This document shows positions 60,601 to 64,000 of a stretch of 64,000 nucleotides of DNA, one piece after another (the stretch's first letter is position 1; each line of letters opens with the position of its first letter). The DNA comes from Pseudomonadota bacterium (GTDB taxonomy: Bacteria; Pseudomonadota; Gammaproteobacteria; Thiohalomonadales; Thiohalomonadaceae). A program made the position numbers and the translations under genes. Location: positions 9,006 through 73,005 of the forward strand of contig JBDLJH010000017.1 of the NCBI GenBank assembly GCA_039714395.1, in the 5' to 3' direction. A model generated the notes under the pieces. It did no database searches. It had not been told where the DNA came from and was given only the letters and a program-made list of their open reading frames with translations.

Positions 60601-60728
60601 ACCGAGAGACGGGCCATGGCAAAGAGGCCCAGCACCACGGCCGCCAGAGCGATCATGCTGACGCCGACAGGGTGACGAATAGACCAGGCGGCGAGGCCAC
60701 CGCCGTGCAGTGTCGGGCGAAGGCTCAT
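57639..60728 (-). CDS. RND efflux transporter permease (AcrB/HAE1-type)
   Basis: 1029 aa, 12-TM RND architecture. N-terminus 'WSIRHPVGVSMIALAAVVLGLFAMARLSVDLLP'. Confidence 0.9.
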   Translation of the reverse strand: MSLRPTLHGGGLAAWSIRHPVGVSMIALAAVVLGLFAMARLSVDLLPHLIYPDVRVRILDPGVPAGIMEDRVTRQLEEQLAITEGAISIQSRSSEGGSSVDLSFAYGHDIDLALRDASTRLDRAKRFLPDTIQPPVIYKRDPSQIPIAEFVISAENMKAVRLRDWVDYDFSKQFLNLPGVAAVEVGGGVVREILIEPDQHRLTALGIKLDDLIDTLHRANQELPAGRLTTTQRDLNTRTSARFESIEAIRHFPVPLPDGGNIALEELARVSDGHSDERIKVRLDGTPGVKVSLQKQPSANTVEVVDAVKQRLAQLQEQKLIPPGITIRTVSDQSIYVRNALNNATLAALSGTMLAMLVVFLFLGDLRRTLIIGSAIPLAVMVTFALMGLGGLTFNIMTLGGLALGVGMLVDNTIVMLENIQRHQLAGEVRTEAGTEAAREINSAIVAATTTNLAAILPFLFIGGLIGLLFRELIFTISAAILASMVVALTLVPAWAVQLKLGNPGLISRSMSHLITRLQTGYGAILSRLLHYRVAQLLLVTLLLGGLAFSIMQFSSARETFLPSMDSGEVSISLSTEPGTPLSEMDSHVRRIEELLQAQPEVENVFSLVGGFIFGRTERESTNRSSITVQLTPRDQRNTSSDEWIARMQKRIAAESIVGLKVRMRTRGIRGINMGGGDDDISLRIQGPELEVLQQRGDKLIAQLRGTPGLRNLEHSAEELRQELSIRIDRQRAATLGIDAQALGRTLRLALTGETISDYLEGDRAYDIRLRLPYYETDSPLALEQLILHADSGQSVRLAEVAKVTLIAAPAEIRRDRQRRIVEVSASLSGELSFGEVYREIRKRTASFELPPGYTLYDGGEYETLQQGKQASQLLLGLALFLVFVVMAVQYESLRNPLVIILGVPFAAVGVGLGLSINELPLSMPVWLGMIMLAGIVVNNAIILVEYFDLARASGLTLDEAVLEGARLRLRPILMTTLTTVCGMLPLALSWGEGAEMLQPLAITLIYGLSMSLLVTLLLIPLLYRLIRG

Positions 60729-61771
60729 GGCGTGGTCTTATCGTCCGCCAGCTTTACCGTGTTCCCTTCGCTAAGGCCGAGAAAGCCTCGGGTAACGATG
60801 CGTTCGCCTGCGATCAGGCCATCGGTTATTTCCACCTGCTGATCGAAATGGAGGCCACTGATGATGGCACGGCGTTCGACTTTATTGTCTTTGTTGATGA
60901 TGAATAAAAATTCACCAAGGGTGTCGCGGCGAAGGGCATTGTGAGGTACCAGCAGGCGGTTGCTGCTGCTCAGTAGTAGCTGCACTCGGCAGAACTGACC
61001 TGGTCGTGCCCCGGCTGGAGGCGGGTTAAGCATTACCTCTATGGTGCCCTGATGGCTGGTCTGGTCGACCACGGGATGGATGCGTTCAAGCGTACCACTG
61101 AACTGTTGTGAACCCAGGGCATCGATGGACAGGGATATCTTGTCACCCACCTGCAAGCCCGCCAGTACCATCTCTGATAGCTTTAGTTCTGTATAGAGAC
61201 TGCGGGTATCGATGAGGGTAAGTACGTGATGATAGCGAGGCAAGGAGTCGCCGGGCTCGGCCAGGCGTTCACTGATGAGGCCGGAGAAGGGGGCGAGGAG
61301 GCGGGAATGTTGCAGGTGAATTTTTAACTCCTCCTCATCCGCACGAGCTATATCCAGAGCCGTGACGGCACGGGCCAGTTCATCTTCGGCGACCAGTTTA
61401 CTATTATGCAGGCGCCTGATGCGTTTTAAATCCTGTTCTGCCTGGTGGCGCTGTGCCTGACTCTTCCTTAGTTGTGAGCGTAGCAGTGTGTCGTCTAACT
61501 GAACCAGCAACTCTCCCTTTTCTACACGATCTCCCTCATGGTAAGGCAGTTTCAGCAGTCGTCCCTCCTGCTGCAAAGAGAGGTGCACTTCCCGGTGAGG
61601 TCGCAGGCTGCCATTACGCTCGATGGTGCGGGTAATATCACCACGTTGCACAACAGCCGTTTCCACTACAACAGCACGTTTACCGTGTGGTGGTTTGCCA
61701 CTGTTGGCAGGGGGGCTGTCGCAGGCAGAAAGTGCTAGTAGGCAGCAGAGTAGTAAATATCGTTTTTTCAT
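60725..61771 (-). CDS. RND efflux periplasmic adaptor (membrane fusion protein) lipoprotein
   Basis: ORF 60725-61939 trimmed to the ATG at 61771 ('MKKRYLLLCCLLALSAC' lipobox). Coiled-coil hairpin and beta-barrel segments. ATGA-type overlap with the permease gene. Confidence 0.85.
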   Translation of the reverse strand: MKKRYLLLCCLLALSACDSPPANSGKPPHGKRAVVVETAVVQRGDITRTIERNGSLRPHREVHLSLQQEGRLLKLPYHEGDRVEKGELLVQLDDTLLRSQLRKSQAQRHQAEQDLKRIRRLHNSKLVAEDELARAVTALDIARADEEELKIHLQHSRLLAPFSGLISERLAEPGDSLPRYHHVLTLIDTRSLYTELKLSEMVLAGLQVGDKISLSIDALGSQQFSGTLERIHPVVDQTSHQGTIEVMLNPPPAGARPGQFCRVQLLLSSSNRLLVPHNALRRDTLGEFLFIINKDNKVERRAIISGLHFDQQVEITDGLIAGERIVTRGFLGLSEGNTVKLADDKTTP

Positions 61772-61987
61772 AAATTTTGTGAAGGTTGTGAGATGAAAGT
61801 TTACATTACTTACGATGCTACGGTGAGAATTCAATCTTGTTAGTAAAACATTAGAACATGGTAATAATTTTATGATACTTGCCATAGGAAGGCGAAAAAG
61901 GCAAGCTGTCCCTAAACATAAGGTGCAGTGCAATTGCACGGAACACCATCACAATACCGAGTTAAAGAGGAAAGGGGGTTGGTCGAT

Positions 61988-62815
61988 ATGCGAGTTTATG
62001 CACGTTTTATCGTAGCACTACTATTTTTGTTAACCACAGCCACTTATGCGGCAGATGATGAGATCATCTTCTCCACTGCACCGACGCACTCCAAAGAGGA
62101 GACCCTCAAGCTTTATACGCCGTTGATGAACTACCTGACAAAGGTTACCGGCAAGAAGTTTGTGATTAAGCCTGCAGCCAACTTTATCGAGTACTCAGTG
62201 CGTATGCGTCTGGATAAATATGACATGCTCTTCGATGGCCCTCATCTGACGGGCTGGCGTATGGTCAATATGGATCACACCCCTATTGTTCGTTTTCCCG
62301 GTACCATTCGTATTGTAGTCGCGGCAGACAAGGAGTCGAGTCTTAATTCACTTAAGGATCTAGAAGGTGGTTACGCCAGGGTTTGTGCATTCGCTTCGCC
62401 CAATATGTTGACCATGGCCTTTCTTTCCTATTACCCCAACCCGGTGCAACAGCCTCGCCTGATCCGTACTCAGGGCTTTAAAGAGTTGGTTAGCTGTTTG
62501 AAGAGCAATCGCGGACAGGCAGCAGTGCTACGTGACAAACTTTGGGGAAAGATAAAGGATGAAGATAAGGCTGAGATGAAATTGATTGCTTCTCCCAAGC
62601 GCGGCTACCCGGAGCGTACCTTTAGTGTCAGCCCCAGGGTTAGCGAGCCACTACGCAAGCAGATCGCTGAGGCGATGTTGAGTGAGGAAGGACTCAAGGC
62701 GAGTAAGGCACTGAGGACCCGCTTTAAGAAGAAGAGTCTGCTTGCTGCCAAACCGGTAGATTATAAGGGGCTGGACCAGCTGTTGAACCCGGTATGGGGT
62801 TTCCATAGCCGCTAG
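61988..62815 (+). CDS. PhnD-like (phosphate/phosphonate-type) periplasmic substrate-binding protein, orphan
   Basis: ORF 61928-62815 trimmed to the ATG at 61988. Signal peptide 'MRVYARFIVALLFLLTTATYA'. 'IIFSTAPTHSKEETLKLYTPLMNYL', 'DMLFDGPH' and 'KGYPERTFSV'-like segments fit the PF12974 family. Confidence 0.65.
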   Translation: MRVYARFIVALLFLLTTATYAADDEIIFSTAPTHSKEETLKLYTPLMNYLTKVTGKKFVIKPAANFIEYSVRMRLDKYDMLFDGPHLTGWRMVNMDHTPIVRFPGTIRIVVAADKESSLNSLKDLEGGYARVCAFASPNMLTMAFLSYYPNPVQQPRLIRTQGFKELVSCLKSNRGQAAVLRDKLWGKIKDEDKAEMKLIASPKRGYPERTFSVSPRVSEPLRKQIAEAMLSEEGLKASKALRTRFKKKSLLAAKPVDYKGLDQLLNPVWGFHSR

Positions 62816-62838
62816 TTGCTCTATGATTAATGAGAAAG

Positions 62839-62865
62839 GCACACTTTTTAGGTGTGCTTTTTTTT
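62839..62865 (+). terminator. rho-independent terminator
   Basis: GCACAC-TTTTTAG-GTGTGC followed by T8. Confidence 0.75.
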
Positions 62866-62914
62866 GCCTGTACTATGCTGAAAATAGCTTCTATAAGCGT
62901 TGCGGGGATGTTCG

Positions 62915-63238
62915 ATGCGACAGATAGTTATTCTATTTACTATTACACTGGGCTTTACGGGTTTTGCTTATGCCGACTGTTTTGATGCAGTACAGGTGGG
63001 CGATCCTGGTTTTGTGGTGATCGAGAAATGTGGCGAGCCGCAACGGCGTGAGCGTGATGAATATGCGCGAAGCAGTTCGGTTGAAGTCGTGCGTGGTGGT
63101 GAGGTCGGTACTCAGAGGCCAGTACAACCGCTGTTGATAGAGCGCTGGTATTACGATACCAGCCTTAATGCCGCCACTGCGATAAGCCTGGAGGATGGCG
63201 GCGTTTCAAAAAAAAAGCGTCTTATCAGGAAGCGGTAA
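62915..63238 (+). CDS. DUF2845-like secreted protein
   Basis: ORF 62900-63238. ATG at 62915. Signal peptide 'MRQIVILFTITLGFTGFAYA'. 'VIEKCGEPQRRE' and 'ERWYYD' resemble DUF2845. Confidence 0.6.
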   Translation: MRQIVILFTITLGFTGFAYADCFDAVQVGDPGFVVIEKCGEPQRRERDEYARSSSVEVVRGGEVGTQRPVQPLLIERWYYDTSLNAATAISLEDGGVSKKKRLIRKR

Positions 63239-63487
63239 ATTTTGCACTGGGATCCTCGCTAATTTATGCAGGGCCGGGTCTGACTTCATACTCCAGTTTT
63301 TATGATCACTATGATGATGTGTTAGTTGATCTCTTTGTAGCGTGATGTATTGCAGCCGTGTCACCGAGTCCATTTCAGACTCCTACAGTAATAGTCCGGC
63401 CAGGCATCTTCATGCCATGAAAGTTTGTAACGTGATAGTGCTAAATTCATAGTGTGTAGGTGAGAATAATTAAAGATAAAACAGTGT

Positions 63488-63787
63488 ATGGGAGGTGACA
63501 TGGTTCTGCTAAAGCGACTGGTGCTGGATATTCTTAAGCCGCACCACCCCAACGCCCTTGAGTTCAGTCGGGTGCTGGCCGAGCAGGGCAGGCACAGGGT
63601 CAGTTTAACGGTGCTGGAGATGGATGATAAGACCGAGACCCTGCAGGTGGAGATTGAAGGTGAGAATATCGACTTTGATCGTATCCAGACGGCCATCACT
63701 GAGTTTGGTGCCTCTCTGCACAGCATTGATGAGGTGGTGGTGGAGGGGGATAGTGGTTCTGCCGGTGAGAGTGAGGCGGCAGGGTGA
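63488..63787 (+). CDS. DUF211 domain protein
   Basis: 99 aa. 'LKRLVLDILKPHHPNALEFSRVLAE', 'LTVLEMDDKTETLQVEIEGENIDFDRIQTAITEFGASLHSIDEVV' are typical of DUF211 (COG1888). Confidence 0.75.
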   Translation: MGGDMVLLKRLVLDILKPHHPNALEFSRVLAEQGRHRVSLTVLEMDDKTETLQVEIEGENIDFDRIQTAITEFGASLHSIDEVVVEGDSGSAGESEAAG

Positions 63788-63801
63788 GTGCCTAAGCGCT
63801 G

Positions 63802-64000
63802 ATGCCGATGACAGGGTTCAGACAACGCCACCTATGGCTGCAACTGTTGCACTCACGTGCCATCATTCGGCGTTATTTTGTGGTCAATGGTTTCGATGGG
63901 GCACTTACCATGCTCGGCCTCGTTACTGGCTTCTATTTTACTGGCAGCACGGAACTGAACGTGGTCATTGGAGCCTGTCTTGGGGCCGCGATCGCCCTGG
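63802..64000 (+). CDS. VIT1/CCC1-family (DUF125-like) membrane protein, 5' fragment running off the window
   Basis: Hand translation from the ATG at 63802 gives MPMTGFRQRHLWLQLLHSRAIIRRYFVVNGFDGALTMLGLVTGFYF..., open to the window end. 'VNGFDGALTMLGLV' resembles the short VIT-family proteins usually paired with DUF211. Confidence 0.5.
   Translation, partial: MPMTGFRQRHLWLQLLHSRAIIRRYFVVNGFDGALTMLGLVTGFYFTGSTELNVVIGACLGAAIAL

Noticed and set aside
63462-63480. AT-rich 'GAGAATAATTAAAGATAAA' upstream of DUF211/VIT, considered as a possible Fur box.
   Set aside because: Only about 10 of 19 positions match the GATAATGATAATCATTATC consensus by eye. That is too weak to call.
63361-63831. 156-aa minus-strand ORF overlapping the DUF211 gene.
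   Set aside because: It is antisense to a gene with a clear family match. The product is Ser/Pro/Arg-rich with no motifs.
1-64000. A scan of intergenic regions for CRISPR repeats, IS inverted repeats, tRNA/rRNA/tmRNA, reverse transcriptase or integrase genes.
   Set aside because: I found nothing convincing by eye. Only short hairpins and one 13-nt direct repeat were seen. A computational scan (tRNAscan-SE, Infernal, CRISPR finders, ISfinder) would be needed to exclude them formally.

Overview
This window reads as core chromosome of a proteobacterium, probably a gammaproteobacterium judging by gene order. I found no rRNA, tRNA, CRISPR array, transposase, integrase or phage genes. Housekeeping blocks I recognise confidently: ccoNOQP, ccoGHIS and fnr (cbb3 oxidase, its maturation genes and its regulator); hisBHAF, hisIE, a HIT gene and tatABC; selD-selU; typA, rlmG, tpm, pip-dtd, slyD, ppk2; and an RND efflux pair. 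The region from about 6.9 to 15.7 kb is lower in GC and rich in signalling genes: a cNMP-binding protein and two PAS sensor kinases. A third hybrid kinase, a GGDEF protein and a PilZ protein lie further along. I see no canonical defence or mobile system. The best candidate for something undescribed is a tight three-gene operon at 15.7-19.7 kb (minus strand) that encodes a ThDP enzyme, a 590-aa protein with GT-A-like motifs and a small sulfotransferase-like protein. Secondary leads: an untracked 37-aa single-TM ORF with its own SD and terminator between ccoP and ccoG (possibly CcoM-like); a cNMP-binding protein with an unrecognised roughly 230-aa C-terminal domain; an orphan ACP-like protein with a non-canonical attachment motif; an 83-aa two-TM ORF translationally coupled between hisF and hisI; a low-GC two-gene islet between tpm/PilZ and selU-selD; and a sensor kinase with a sharp internal GC break. 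All family calls come from motif recognition by eye. No database search was run.
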